Shown here piece by piece: positions 28,322 to 38,082 of a DNA stretch of 53,576 bases (its first letter is position 1; every line of letters begins with the position of its first letter). The notes beneath the pieces were generated by a model, which was not told the origin of the DNA, made no database searches, and saw nothing but the letters and a program-made list of their open reading frames with translations. The stretch lies in the IMG/VR virus record IMGVR_UViG_3300028048_001599. One strand, 5' to 3'. Made by a program: the position numbers and the translations under genes. The stretch comes from a virus (Duplodnaviria > Heunggongvirae > Uroviricota > Caudoviricetes).

Positions 28322-29383
28322 ATGTCAGTAAAGGTTAATATGGCAGAAGTACTTAAAATGAGACAGTCACAGGAAATTGATAAACCTTACGGTTCATCAG
28401 ACAGTAAGTTTCCGCTGTTCAAGACACCCGTAAACGAGCGTCTGCTTGTTTACATTCCGTCCCTGAATGTTATAGAGCATGAGGATGGTACATCAACAAA
28501 CGATGTTCTCGAAACTGCACTTCACAACTATAAGTTAGGTAAGAAATTTGGTACAATAACTTGTATTTCAGGTATCGACAATGATAGTCCTATCGCTGAA
28601 ATCCTTGGTTATAAAGACCACACTTGTCCTGCTTGTGACGCAGTAAACGAATGTTGGAATCTTGTAAATGCTAAGACCGAAGCAAAAGCAAAGGAACTGG
28701 GGGTAAACCCTGAGAATGACCCCGAAGAGGTTCTCAAGCCCTTCAGAAAGAAGTACATTCAGGATATGGTTATGACTCGTGCATCAAAGTACGTAACATT
28801 CCCGATTGTTGTTATTCCACATAAGGGTAACAGACTGACAGGGGAGTCGGAGTCAGGTATGTCTGCGTATTATGTTACAATGACAGAGCAGAGATACAGA
28901 GAAAAGGTTTGTGCATCACTTTCAACTCTGTTTAATAACCCTGGTCATATCGGTGGACGTTTCATGGTTTGGGATTTCACTTATGATTCAAATGGGGCAC
29001 AGCATAATGCGAGAGATTCAGCTAAGAACGCTAAGTTCAACATTATTATTGACCCCGCAGCACTTCAGGCTTTTGAACCCATCAGAGCTAAGGCTGAGGA
29101 GCTTGCTAAGGAGTTTACCAACATTAAGGCACTTGAGGTTCTTACAGCACTTGAGCCTGTTGAATACTCTAAGCTTAATTCTTCTGTAGACTCAGTTATG
29201 AAGGAAACAAGAAAGATTCTTGCTATGGTAAGTGAGGGTTCGGACATTGCCGCACTTCCGTCAGCACCTGAAAAGATTCTTGAAAGCTTTAGTGCAACAC
29301 CTCTGAGTGACGGTAATCTTGGGGTAACTGAGATTGCTTCTGCTGATGCTAATGCGACTGCAGGTGCTCACCGTTTCGATTGA
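28322..29383 (+). CDS. T4 gp32-like single-stranded DNA-binding protein (probable)
   Basis: C..HTCPAC zinc site, VTFPIVV strand, flexible tail ending RFD; position in replication module; start at ATG after GAGG. Confidence 0.6.
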   Translation: MSVKVNMAEVLKMRQSQEIDKPYGSSDSKFPLFKTPVNERLLVYIPSLNVIEHEDGTSTNDVLETALHNYKLGKKFGTITCISGIDNDSPIAEILGYKDHTCPACDAVNECWNLVNAKTEAKAKELGVNPENDPEEVLKPFRKKYIQDMVMTRASKYVTFPIVVIPHKGNRLTGESESGMSAYYVTMTEQRYREKVCASLSTLFNNPGHIGGRFMVWDFTYDSNGAQHNARDSAKNAKFNIIIDPAALQAFEPIRAKAEELAKEFTNIKALEVLTALEPVEYSKLNSSVDSVMKETRKILAMVSEGSDIAALPSAPEKILESFSATPLSDGNLGVTEIASADANATAGAHRFD

Positions 29384-29416
29384 TAACAATAACTAAATAG
29401 CACTGACATGAACAAG

Positions 29417-29446
29417 ACCGCCTTGTATAGCACAAGGCGGTTTTTT
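29417..29446 (+). terminator. Intrinsic terminator
   Basis: ACCGCCTTG / CAAGGCGGT then T-run. Confidence 0.8.
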
Positions 29447-29496
29447 ATTACTTGTTCATTTACCATTTGATTATAGAATAGAAAGGTGGTGAAATT

Positions 29497-30924
29497 GTGA
29501 AGGAATATAAATTTATAGCACCGAGAGTAATTACTGAGTTTGATGATTTTGAGTTTTCTTTTTATACTTGGTCAAAGTTAAGACTTGATAACATGTTTAA
29601 TATTATTCCGCACTACAGCGATTTGTATGTAAATATATCGGATAAAGTAAAACAAGAATCACACTGGGATTTAAGTCCATGGCATAGTTTAACTTATAAA
29701 GACAAAGATGGGGTAAATCATGACATTGCTTTTGAGGTTGATTTAGACAATTTAATGAAACATAAAAGGCTTTTGAAATACACTGAGGGATTAATAAAAG
29801 CTGAAAAAGAAGAAAAGGCAAAAAATAAAGTAAAGAAACCTAAAATAAAGAAAGCGAAAGTCAAGAAGTCCAAGGTAGTACCTAAGAAATCGAAGGTAAT
29901 AAACACAAAGTCAGAAGTTGATACAACTATAACAGTTAGTGGGGATACCGTTAATGACATTACCGGGGTCACCGAGGTCACTGAGGTAATTGAGGTAATT
30001 GAGGACACCGACGAACAGCAGACAACCACAGCAACGGAAGTATCATCTGACGTTTCAAGTGATGTAGTCAAATTTGACGAGGTGATATTATACGAAGACC
30101 TCAAACCAAAAGTAGTAGACCCAATTATAGATATCTACCAAGTCTTAAAGAAGAGGGGTACATCGAAAAATAATGATATTATCACCAACAGACAAACAAT
30201 TAAACGTATAATGGGAATAGATATAGGTATGAAGAACATGGCTGCAATAACAAGTAACGTGTTCAAACCTGTTTTTATAAGTGGTATTCCATTATATAAA
30301 ATCTTAGATACTTATGCTGGTTGTTTTATAACACCTGGTTATGGTAGATTCTCATATAAGCACAGGAAATCATCTCAGAAAAGACATCTTGAAAGACGAA
30401 ATGATAAACTTAAAGACTACCTCATTTTGTGCGTTGACAAAATAATGGAACTTATAAGTCATAATAACATTGATTGTGTAGTAATAGGTTATCCTGCAAC
30501 ATGGGGTAACCACAAAAAGTTCAATATAAAAGGGGCTGAACAGATGACTCAACGTGTATTATGTCGTTTCAAAGATATGATAAAAAAGCGTTGTTCAAGA
30601 CATGATATTGATTGTGTAGAGATAGATGAAGCTTTCACATCAAAATGTAGTTTTCTTGATAATGAGCCCATAGGTAGACACAAAGAATATAGGGGTAGTA
30701 GAACGGATAGAGACACTTACATAACAAACTCAGGACATCAGATTAATGCCGATGTTAATGCAAGTCTGAACATTATAAAAAAGTATCTAAGTTCTATAGG
30801 AGAATGGGGTACTATTTACAGATATCAACTTATAGGTGCAGTGGCATTAAGTCGATATTGTAGTTTTAACACAGAGATAGGGGTGAATGACATTGTCCAA
30901 AGCAAAGATACAGCACAAGAATAA
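29497..30924 (+). CDS. Divergent TnpB-family RuvC nuclease with non-canonical N-terminus
   Basis: MGIDIGMKN, IDEAFTSKCSFLDNE, INADVNASLNI; N-half = unknown domain + Lys-rich + Thr/Glu/Val linker. Confidence 0.8.
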   Translation: MKEYKFIAPRVITEFDDFEFSFYTWSKLRLDNMFNIIPHYSDLYVNISDKVKQESHWDLSPWHSLTYKDKDGVNHDIAFEVDLDNLMKHKRLLKYTEGLIKAEKEEKAKNKVKKPKIKKAKVKKSKVVPKKSKVINTKSEVDTTITVSGDTVNDITGVTEVTEVIEVIEDTDEQQTTTATEVSSDVSSDVVKFDEVILYEDLKPKVVDPIIDIYQVLKKRGTSKNNDIITNRQTIKRIMGIDIGMKNMAAITSNVFKPVFISGIPLYKILDTYAGCFITPGYGRFSYKHRKSSQKRHLERRNDKLKDYLILCVDKIMELISHNNIDCVVIGYPATWGNHKKFNIKGAEQMTQRVLCRFKDMIKKRCSRHDIDCVEIDEAFTSKCSFLDNEPIGRHKEYRGSRTDRDTYITNSGHQINADVNASLNIIKKYLSSIGEWGTIYRYQLIGAVALSRYCSFNTEIGVNDIVQSKDTAQE

Positions 30925-31411
30925 TCAAAACAAGTCAGATAGTAAACCTAAGCAAAAGAGCGAGGGTGAGGTAGATGATGTTTTAGTAGGTTCTGGGGAA
31001 GAATTTTTAAGTCTTGCGGTAAACTTAATTACCTCTATAATGCTTGCTAAATCTGAATATGCAAGATATACCTCAGAACTTTCTTACTATGACCAGTTAA
31101 TTGAGGATTACCTACATGTTCTCGAATTAGAGAATCAAAACTGGTCTGAGCGTGCAAAAGTAGCAACTCAGTTAGCTTATGCACGTAAGCAAAGACGAAT
31201 CGTGAAAAACGAATTTGAGTTACTGCAGCCTATAGTTTCATTTGCAAACTCAGATAGTGGTAAAAAGTTTCTTGAATCCTTAAGGTCACTGTCAGGAAAT
31301 GTTAGAAACGTAGATAAAAGGCATAAGCAGTCAACATATAAATGTCGTGTACTACATTTAGATGAGGACGGTAAAATAAATCTCAAACCGCCAAAGAGGG
31401 AGGACAAATGA
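30887..31411 (+). CDS. Hypothetical helical protein
   Basis: Overlaps preceding gene by 38 bp; heptad-like middle. Confidence 0.7.
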   Translation: MTLSKAKIQHKNNQNKSDSKPKQKSEGEVDDVLVGSGEEFLSLAVNLITSIMLAKSEYARYTSELSYYDQLIEDYLHVLELENQNWSERAKVATQLAYARKQRRIVKNEFELLQPIVSFANSDSGKKFLESLRSLSGNVRNVDKRHKQSTYKCRVLHLDEDGKINLKPPKREDK

Positions 31412-31698
31412 ATAATAAGTTAGACGACTATGATATAGCATTTGAGCCGTATGAAAAAATGGGCTTTAAACCGTTAAACAGTAACAAGTTAAGGGGTTTG
31501 CTATTCGGGATTATAGGCTCTATTATGATTGCTTATATGTCAATCTTACTGAACATGGTAGTCTTAACAACACTACTATTAAGATGTGCCACAGTTTTAT
31601 TATTTTTAGGTATTCTTAGTTTATGTGCTGCAATCATATTCGGGGTACTTGGTGTTATTGAAGACAACCTAAAAAAGGACAAAAAGATTAGTAAGTGA
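31408..31698 (+). CDS. Small membrane protein (2 TM)
   Basis: Two hydrophobic stretches. Confidence 0.7.
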   Translation: MNNKLDDYDIAFEPYEKMGFKPLNSNKLRGLLFGIIGSIMIAYMSILLNMVVLTTLLLRCATVLLFLGILSLCAAIIFGVLGVIEDNLKKDKKISK

Positions 31699-31708
31699 GG
31701 TGATAAAA

Positions 31709-32938
31709 ATGATACAGTCAATTTATATTGAAAATTTTATGTCAATATCATCAGCTAATATACAGTTTGATGACAGCAATATCATATCATTGTGTGGCTA
31801 CAACGATAGTGGTAAATCTGCTGTTATAAGACTGATTGACATAATGTTTTACAATGCATACTCTACTGAACAGGTTCACTACATCAAGGATGGTGCTGAC
31901 TTCTTCAAGTGTATTATATCATTCAAGGATGGGGTAGAATACGAGCGTATTAAATATGCTACAGGTTCATCTGTTTTTGTACTGAGAAAAGACGGAAAAA
32001 CATTATTTGATAATCGTAAAGGTAATCAAATCATAAACACAGACGGTGTTCCAAAAGTAATCATGGATTATTTGGGGGTAATACGCGACGAATTTACTAA
32101 GGAGGAGTTGAACGTCCGGCGTTGTACTGATAGATTGTTCCTGATTGAAACAACGGGTGGTGACAACTATAAAATCCTTAACACAATTCTTCAGTCTGAT
32201 AGACTCGCTGAAACGTCAAATAGTCTGAATACAGATAAAAACAAACTACAGCAGGAGATTGTGGTAAGTTATAACAGATTATCAGCACTCAGGGACGAGC
32301 GTGACAGGGTTGTTGTAAGTTCAGGTGATTCAATAGATACATTTGAAAAAGACGTCACAACTCTTGAAGCTATAAACGAACGTTTCAAACTATTGAATAA
32401 AATAAATGACTATAACACATTAATCACAACGGTAAAGATACCTGATGAATTATCAATGATAGACGTTTTCAGGTATATGGAAATAGACAGAATAAAGGGG
32501 TACTCAGAAAAAGCCAAAATTGCGATATCACCTGAGGCTCCTACGATATCTGATGTTTTAATTGATAAATACTCTAAATTGAGTGAAATGACCGAAACAA
32601 GAAAACGGACGGATGTAGTAATACAGTCTGAAGTCGATGTTGTAGATATCGACAGGTATAATTCCATTGCAGACCTTATTTCAAAGCAGAGTACCACCAA
32701 GGTAGATATCCCAAAGGGGGTATCTGAAATTGATATCGACAGACTTAATAAAATAAGCAATCTATCAATCATAGCTTCACATTTCAATTCTTGTAATAAT
32801 ACATATGAAACCATAGTTACCGAGTGTGACAAAGCAACATCGGAGTTAAAGAGATTTGCGGACACGAATAATTTGACTATATGTTCAAATTGTGGTGCTG
32901 TTGTATCAAAGGATATAGGAGGACATGTTCATGTATAA
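31709..32938 (+). CDS. sbcC: SbcC/Rad50-like ATPase, N-terminal half
   Basis: IYIENFMS, Walker A GYNDSGKS, coiled coil, terminal CSNC hook. Confidence 0.82.
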   Translation: MIQSIYIENFMSISSANIQFDDSNIISLCGYNDSGKSAVIRLIDIMFYNAYSTEQVHYIKDGADFFKCIISFKDGVEYERIKYATGSSVFVLRKDGKTLFDNRKGNQIINTDGVPKVIMDYLGVIRDEFTKEELNVRRCTDRLFLIETTGGDNYKILNTILQSDRLAETSNSLNTDKNKLQQEIVVSYNRLSALRDERDRVVVSSGDSIDTFEKDVTTLEAINERFKLLNKINDYNTLITTVKIPDELSMIDVFRYMEIDRIKGYSEKAKIAISPEAPTISDVLIDKYSKLSEMTETRKRTDVVIQSEVDVVDIDRYNSIADLISKQSTTKVDIPKGVSEIDIDRLNKISNLSIIASHFNSCNNTYETIVTECDKATSELKRFADTNNLTICSNCGAVVSKDIGGHVHV

Positions 32939-33902
32939 AGCACTAATTATAGGTGACTTACATATTTCAGATGCATATGTGGGTTATCATAAGGACTACT
33001 GGGCTGAGTGTACAGAAATTCTTGGTAAAATCACTTCAATCATAGTCGATAAGGGGGTAACACATCTCATATTAACGGGTGACCTTGTTGGTTTGCGTGA
33101 GAAAAATTTCAAACAGCGTGCAAGCCTGATGTTGTTTATGATGGCACTCAAAAAATGGAATGAACTTACCGATTATAATGTTTACTCTCTTGTAGGTAAT
33201 CATGATATGAGCGGTCGAACAACTGATTTCGAGTTATTTGAGAGTCTTGGTCTTATAAAAACTACTCGAACACTTGGTAAAAGTTTCTTAGATATCAATG
33301 ATACACGTTTTCACATGATTAATTTCGGTGATGAGAATAACAAAATTGAATTGAAAACAGGAACAGATGCTACCAATATAGGAATAACTCATGCAGACAT
33401 TCAGGTTACAGGCAAAACAACATGGTGGTACCCTTCAAATGTAAGATTTGAATTAGCAACAATGGAACATTGGAAGGGTATCGAAATGATTATCGCAGGA
33501 CACATTCATAATCCGTCACCTAAAATGGTAACAACTGATATTGACGGTTCAAATGTAAACCTGTTTTATGTTGGGTGTCCAACAAGACCTCGTAAGAATG
33601 ATAATTGGGAAAAATGTTGGGGTACATTGTTTGAGATTGATGGTACAAACGTAAATTGTTCTATTCTTGAAATTCCGTTACCTGTTGATGTGTTCGTAGA
33701 AACAACGGAGGATATCGACACGGAGGAGCTTGAAACTGATGAGGTAACAAAGATTGAGGAACTTGCAGCAATTTTGAATACATTGTCTGAGTATAAACTT
33801 GACTCAGATGATGATATCGAGGGTCAGATAAAAAGGTTCTCAGGGGTAGACACAAAAGCTATGAACTTAGCTTTGGAATATTATAACCGTGCTAAATCTT
33901 AA
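32931..33902 (+). CDS. sbcD: SbcD/Mre11-like nuclease
   Basis: GDLH, GDL, GNHD, THA, GHIH metallophosphoesterase motifs. Confidence 0.88.
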   Translation: MYKALIIGDLHISDAYVGYHKDYWAECTEILGKITSIIVDKGVTHLILTGDLVGLREKNFKQRASLMLFMMALKKWNELTDYNVYSLVGNHDMSGRTTDFELFESLGLIKTTRTLGKSFLDINDTRFHMINFGDENNKIELKTGTDATNIGITHADIQVTGKTTWWYPSNVRFELATMEHWKGIEMIIAGHIHNPSPKMVTTDIDGSNVNLFYVGCPTRPRKNDNWEKCWGTLFEIDGTNVNCSILEIPLPVDVFVETTEDIDTEELETDEVTKIEELAAILNTLSEYKLDSDDDIEGQIKRFSGVDTKAMNLALEYYNRAKS

Positions 33903-33976
33903 ATACTTGCTTTAGCACCATAAGATTATATAATGTCAGCAAAAATGTTGAAAATATAAAAAGAGGGAGTAATCTA

Positions 33977-34687
33977 ATGGATATTATTTCAGAAGTAAAA
34001 GCACTTAATTCAAAGGCTGCGGAACTTAACGAAGCTCGTAAAAAGGCATTGTGGGAGAAGAACAGGGCTGAGGAAGAACTCAAGACTGCACTTGTTGAAT
34101 ACAACAAGAAGTATGGTACATCACTCACAGCTGATGACATCAGTTCAGAGTTTTCAAAGGTCGAGGCTGAAATCAAGGCACAGGCAGAGAAGGTTAAGGC
34201 TGAGATTGAAGCCATTGAAAACGGCGAAGAAATCGTAGACACTGGTGTTGAAAACGATGACACAGTAGGTACTCACAAAAACTCAGGGGTTTCTGAAAAC
34301 TCAGTAGCTTCTGGAAACACAGTAGCTTCTGGAAACACAGTAGCTTCTGGAAACACAGTAGCTTCTGGAAACACAGTAGCTTCTGAAAACACAGTAGCTT
34401 CTGGAAACACAGTAGCTTCTGAAAACACAGCGGCTTCGACAGGTACTTCATCAAAGGTTCGCAAGGTTGACGCAGCATATATTGCCGATGGTTCGTTTTT
34501 GTTTGATAACACAGAGGACTTCGCAAAGCAGATAGTAGGAGGGGTAGCAACCGAAGAAAAGTCAATTGACGAGATTCTTGCATCTGCTACTAAGGAGGAA
34601 CCTATTAAGGTAGAGGAAAAATCGAAGGAAGAGCCTAAGAAACCCATAACGACCATCGGTGGTTTTGATTTTTCAAAATATATTTAA
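33977..34687 (+). CDS. Coiled-coil protein with VASGNT repeats and acidic tail
   Basis: Helical N-terminus; 7x hexapeptide; ends FDFSKYI. Confidence 0.75.
   Translation: MDIISEVKALNSKAAELNEARKKALWEKNRAEEELKTALVEYNKKYGTSLTADDISSEFSKVEAEIKAQAEKVKAEIEAIENGEEIVDTGVENDDTVGTHKNSGVSENSVASGNTVASGNTVASGNTVASGNTVASENTVASGNTVASENTAASTGTSSKVRKVDAAYIADGSFLFDNTEDFAKQIVGGVATEEKSIDEILASATKEEPIKVEEKSKEEPKKPITTIGGFDFSKYI
34304..34429 (+). repeat. 18-bp coding tandem repeat x7
   Basis: GTAGCTTCTG(G/A)AAACACA. Confidence 0.95.
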
Positions 34688-34700
34688 GGGGTAGATAACA

Positions 34701-35903
34701 ATGAAGATAACAATGCCAATAGCAAATCTTAATAAAGCACTTGACTCATTCAAGGTAATCCTTAATGACGCACTGCTCGCTGATGACAAGCGTAATATTA
34801 TACTTTGGAAGAAGGAGGACGGTGTTAAACTTGTAGCAAAAAATGATATCATTGACTGTATCTGCGATATAGAAGCCACATCTGTAGTAGATGGTTCTGT
34901 AAATGAAATGCAGTCAATCAAGTATAAGGAATTACAGGGGGTACTTGATGGCTTTAAGTCACTGAGAGTGACTCAGGCTACTAACATTTCATTTGAGTTT
35001 CTTGAAAACTTCATAGCTGTTGAAGTTGAGGAGGAGCCAATTGATAAGGACAGTGATTATGCTGAAAAACTTTTCAGAACGAATAAGTATCAGCTTTCGA
35101 GGTCGAAACCTGTATCTGATGTTCAGCGTAATGAAATTCTTGCTGTATCTCTTTCAGATGAGGGTACTGTTGTAAATAAGGATGATATCATTCCTTATTT
35201 TGCATCGCTTCTTCCGACAGTAAAGGATATGCGAGAGGGTGTACCTACAAGATTTAATGTAGTAGGTGATTATATCTATACAACACCGATGTCTTTTGCG
35301 GCACTGATGTATAATACAGTACCTGAGTTTAAAGACTTTATTCTTACAAGTTCAGCTGCTAACTTTATGAAATCATTCTTTGAGCTTGAAGATAAAACAA
35401 ACATCAACATTGAAGCTATTAATGAAAATGCTAAGATTGTACGTCTGAGTAATTCAATGGCGATGGCTGTTGTAAAGACAATATCTACAAAGAAGGCTTT
35501 CAACGTAGCAAACTATATCGAATTACCCTCAACAGGGGTAGCCGTAGACAAGGGGTATTTTTGTGATGTTATCAAGCGTTTCACAAATAATGCTGAGGCT
35601 ATCAAGATTACTATAAAACCTGAGGAAATAACTCTTAAACAGTCAAGGGTCACAATGTCAGTTCCGGTATACACTGCAAGACTTGATGATAACTTCACTG
35701 AAATGACTTTCTCAGTTAATGCAAATGTTCTTTCAAACCTTGTATTCGCTCATGCAAACTTCAGTAATCTGCTGTTCATCTACTTTAAGAAGGTAGGTAA
35801 CAAGTGGGCAGTATCATTCACAGACGATAGTTTTGTAAATGATGCAGACGGTAACAAGAAACATGTATGGTGGACAGGTGCTAATTTCAAGGACAACAGA
35901 TAA
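34701..35903 (+). CDS. DnaN-like (beta) sliding clamp
   Basis: 400 aa; N-terminus MKITMPIANLNKAL..NIILWKKEDGVKLVAKND follows the beta-clamp pattern; replication context. Confidence 0.7.
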   Translation: MKITMPIANLNKALDSFKVILNDALLADDKRNIILWKKEDGVKLVAKNDIIDCICDIEATSVVDGSVNEMQSIKYKELQGVLDGFKSLRVTQATNISFEFLENFIAVEVEEEPIDKDSDYAEKLFRTNKYQLSRSKPVSDVQRNEILAVSLSDEGTVVNKDDIIPYFASLLPTVKDMREGVPTRFNVVGDYIYTTPMSFAALMYNTVPEFKDFILTSSAANFMKSFFELEDKTNINIEAINENAKIVRLSNSMAMAVVKTISTKKAFNVANYIELPSTGVAVDKGYFCDVIKRFTNNAEAIKITIKPEEITLKQSRVTMSVPVYTARLDDNFTEMTFSVNANVLSNLVFAHANFSNLLFIYFKKVGNKWAVSFTDDSFVNDADGNKKHVWWTGANFKDNR

Positions 35904-35923
35904 AAGTAAAATGGGGTAGAAAG

Positions 35924-36469
35924 ATGCTAAACACGATAGTAAAGTTGCACAATATAGAAGTGGGGGTATCGGACTTCAAGGTTAAAGTCATGGCGAAACA
36001 CTGTATAAGTGCTATACTGTTTGAGAGTAAATCAGTAATGTCTGATGAAATCTACAAGGCTGTAACTTCTGATGATATAATTCCTTATGATGGTACAATG
36101 TCATTATCTGAATTATCTCATTTATCCACTGAATACTTTATAGACGATGGTAACTATCGTTTAATAGTTGCATTGTACTATCGTATGGCTATCTTAACCT
36201 ATGAATATGTTTCAATTCTGCGTTCAATAAAAATACTCTATAATTCAGAAATGTCATTACCTATAAGGTTTGGCAAGCTTGAAAAGATAGAACAAAGAAT
36301 ACATGATTTAAGGCTTAAAGTTTCAAATGTAGAGGCTAATATAGACTTAGTAAAAGACATAGGTATTATATCATTCTACAGTGAATTTGAAGCTATAAAA
36401 AAGTTTGCTAATACGAAGTCATTCAAAGACATTGACTTTGTTGCAATAGATAATCAAGTGGTTTTATAA
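35924..36469 (+). CDS. Hypothetical protein
   Basis: 181-aa ORF in operon. Confidence 0.7.
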   Translation: MLNTIVKLHNIEVGVSDFKVKVMAKHCISAILFESKSVMSDEIYKAVTSDDIIPYDGTMSLSELSHLSTEYFIDDGNYRLIVALYYRMAILTYEYVSILRSIKILYNSEMSLPIRFGKLEKIEQRIHDLRLKVSNVEANIDLVKDIGIISFYSEFEAIKKFANTKSFKDIDFVAIDNQVVL

Positions 36470-36504
36470 GTGGTGTAGGTTATATAAGGGATAACCTCAG
36501 AAGA

Positions 36505-36527
36505 GGGGTAATGGGGTGCATTACCCC
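36505..36527. terminator. Hairpin (terminator or processing site)
   Basis: GGGGTAATG-GGGTG-CATTACCCC. Confidence 0.55.
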
Positions 36528-36546
36528 CTATTATTTATAGGTAGGA

Positions 36547-37272
36547 GTGAAATCAATGAACTATGATAGTTTAATTCTTAACTCAAAATTGAGACTAAGT
36601 GCTGAGCGTGAGAAAATAAGAATGGTCGATGACCTTACAGAGCGTATTATAGCACTTGAACAGTCTAATAAAGAACTCGATGAAAAGTTTGGTGTGTACT
36701 GTAGGGCAAGTTCTATTTTGGGTTCGGTAGCTGACAAGAATACTGAAACAAAGATAAACGCAATAACAGGGGTAATCAACAAAGCACTTGCACTTCTTTT
36801 CCCTGACGGTTCAAGAAAAATTGAATTAAAGCAAACAATGTACCGTAACATATACCCTCATTTTAATGTAACACTTACAGTAGAGGATGGTAAGACGAGA
36901 ACATTCAAACAGTCGGGTACAGGTTTGGCTCAGGTAGTATCATTTCTTTTTACAGCTTGTCTTATAGACGCAAGGGGTGGACGCAAGGTAATGGTAATGG
37001 ATGAGTTACTTAATGGTTTACATCCTGACGCAAAGGGTGTTGTTAAAGACCTAATGTTAGCACTGTCAGATAAGTTTCAATTCATCATCGTAGAATACGG
37101 TCTAAACATCGGTAAGCAGTATGAAGTAAAGAAAACAGGGGGTACTTCAACTGTTCTTCCTATTGATTATAAATATTATGATACGTCAAACGAACAAAAT
37201 GTAGGTGAACAGGCGTCAAATGAACAGGTGTTAAATGAACAGGTGTCAAATGAACAGGTGGTGACAGTGTGA
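36547..37272 (+). CDS. SbcC/Rad50-like ATPase, C-terminal half
   Basis: Coiled coil then signature-like QSGTG, Walker B VMVMDE, D-loop-like NGLHPD; NEQV repeats at tail. Confidence 0.8.
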   Translation: MKSMNYDSLILNSKLRLSAEREKIRMVDDLTERIIALEQSNKELDEKFGVYCRASSILGSVADKNTETKINAITGVINKALALLFPDGSRKIELKQTMYRNIYPHFNVTLTVEDGKTRTFKQSGTGLAQVVSFLFTACLIDARGGRKVMVMDELLNGLHPDAKGVVKDLMLALSDKFQFIIVEYGLNIGKQYEVKKTGGTSTVLPIDYKYYDTSNEQNVGEQASNEQVLNEQVSNEQVVTV

Positions 37273-37640
37273 AAACAGTAAAAGTATACCATAATAGTTC
37301 GGGATACAAAATTAAGGATAGTACCACAAAAGAACGACCACTTGTAACTATATCAGTGAATGAAAACGACCCTGTTTATATTTTCTGCTACAATGACATA
37401 GAAATACCTTTTCAGGATTTGGACGCATTGAAGGACAGAGCAACACAAGAAATTAGGCGATACTCTGTTTCAATAGTTGTTTTCAAACCCTCTGAAGGGG
37501 TATTTAAGGAAAGTGCAAGAATGTATATCAACAGGATAGGTGCTGACTGTATATCTTTTACAGACGATATTGACTCTAATATACTTGGTATTTATGAGTT
37601 CATCAGAAGTAAGAAAGGTTGTGACTCTGATGAAATGTAA
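37269..37640 (+). CDS. Hypothetical protein
   Basis: GTG start overlapping previous stop. Confidence 0.65.
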   Translation: MKTVKVYHNSSGYKIKDSTTKERPLVTISVNENDPVYIFCYNDIEIPFQDLDALKDRATQEIRRYSVSIVVFKPSEGVFKESARMYINRIGADCISFTDDIDSNILGIYEFIRSKKGCDSDEM

Positions 37641-38082
37641 AGTATACCAGGATAAAGAGACTGACGTTTGTTTCAAAGTTGTCAAAGACGGGGTAGAAGT
37701 CAGTAACAGTTTTGAATTATTAAAGGAAATTGATATAGACGAAACAAGACCTGTGTATGTTGTTGAACACCAATTAGGAAGTACAGTGGACAATATGTCA
37801 CTTGCAATCATAACTCAGGAATTTGACGATATTATAGATTATGTTTATAACACTTCAAATTCACTATTAACTTCAGTAGCAAGTTACAAAGTTGAGGTTC
37901 TGTCATGCATCTCAGGTTCATTTGACGAGGTAGCCTCGTTTGAGATATATCCTTTTATTTTAGCACCGTCTTATACATTAACATTTAGGGGTTGCACAAT
38001 ATCGAATTATGCACAGATTATAAACACCTATAACAAAGCTGTATGTATAGCTAACGCTATATCAAGGAACTTCAATGAATAA
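37630..38082 (+). CDS. Hypothetical protein
   Basis: Start moved to ATG 37630 after GAAAGG. Confidence 0.65.
   Translation: MKCKVYQDKETDVCFKVVKDGVEVSNSFELLKEIDIDETRPVYVVEHQLGSTVDNMSLAIITQEFDDIIDYVYNTSNSLLTSVASYKVEVLSCISGSFDEVASFEIYPFILAPSYTLTFRGCTISNYAQIINTYNKAVCIANAISRNFNE

Noticed and set aside
34194-34656. Minus-strand ORFs with LLCFQK / EATVFP repeats, and other short shadow ORFs
   Set aside because: Stop-free shadows of + strand genes and repeats, without RBS or promoter support
36505-36527. TACCCC as a break in polarity
   Set aside because: It is the complementary arm of a hairpin with GGGGTA
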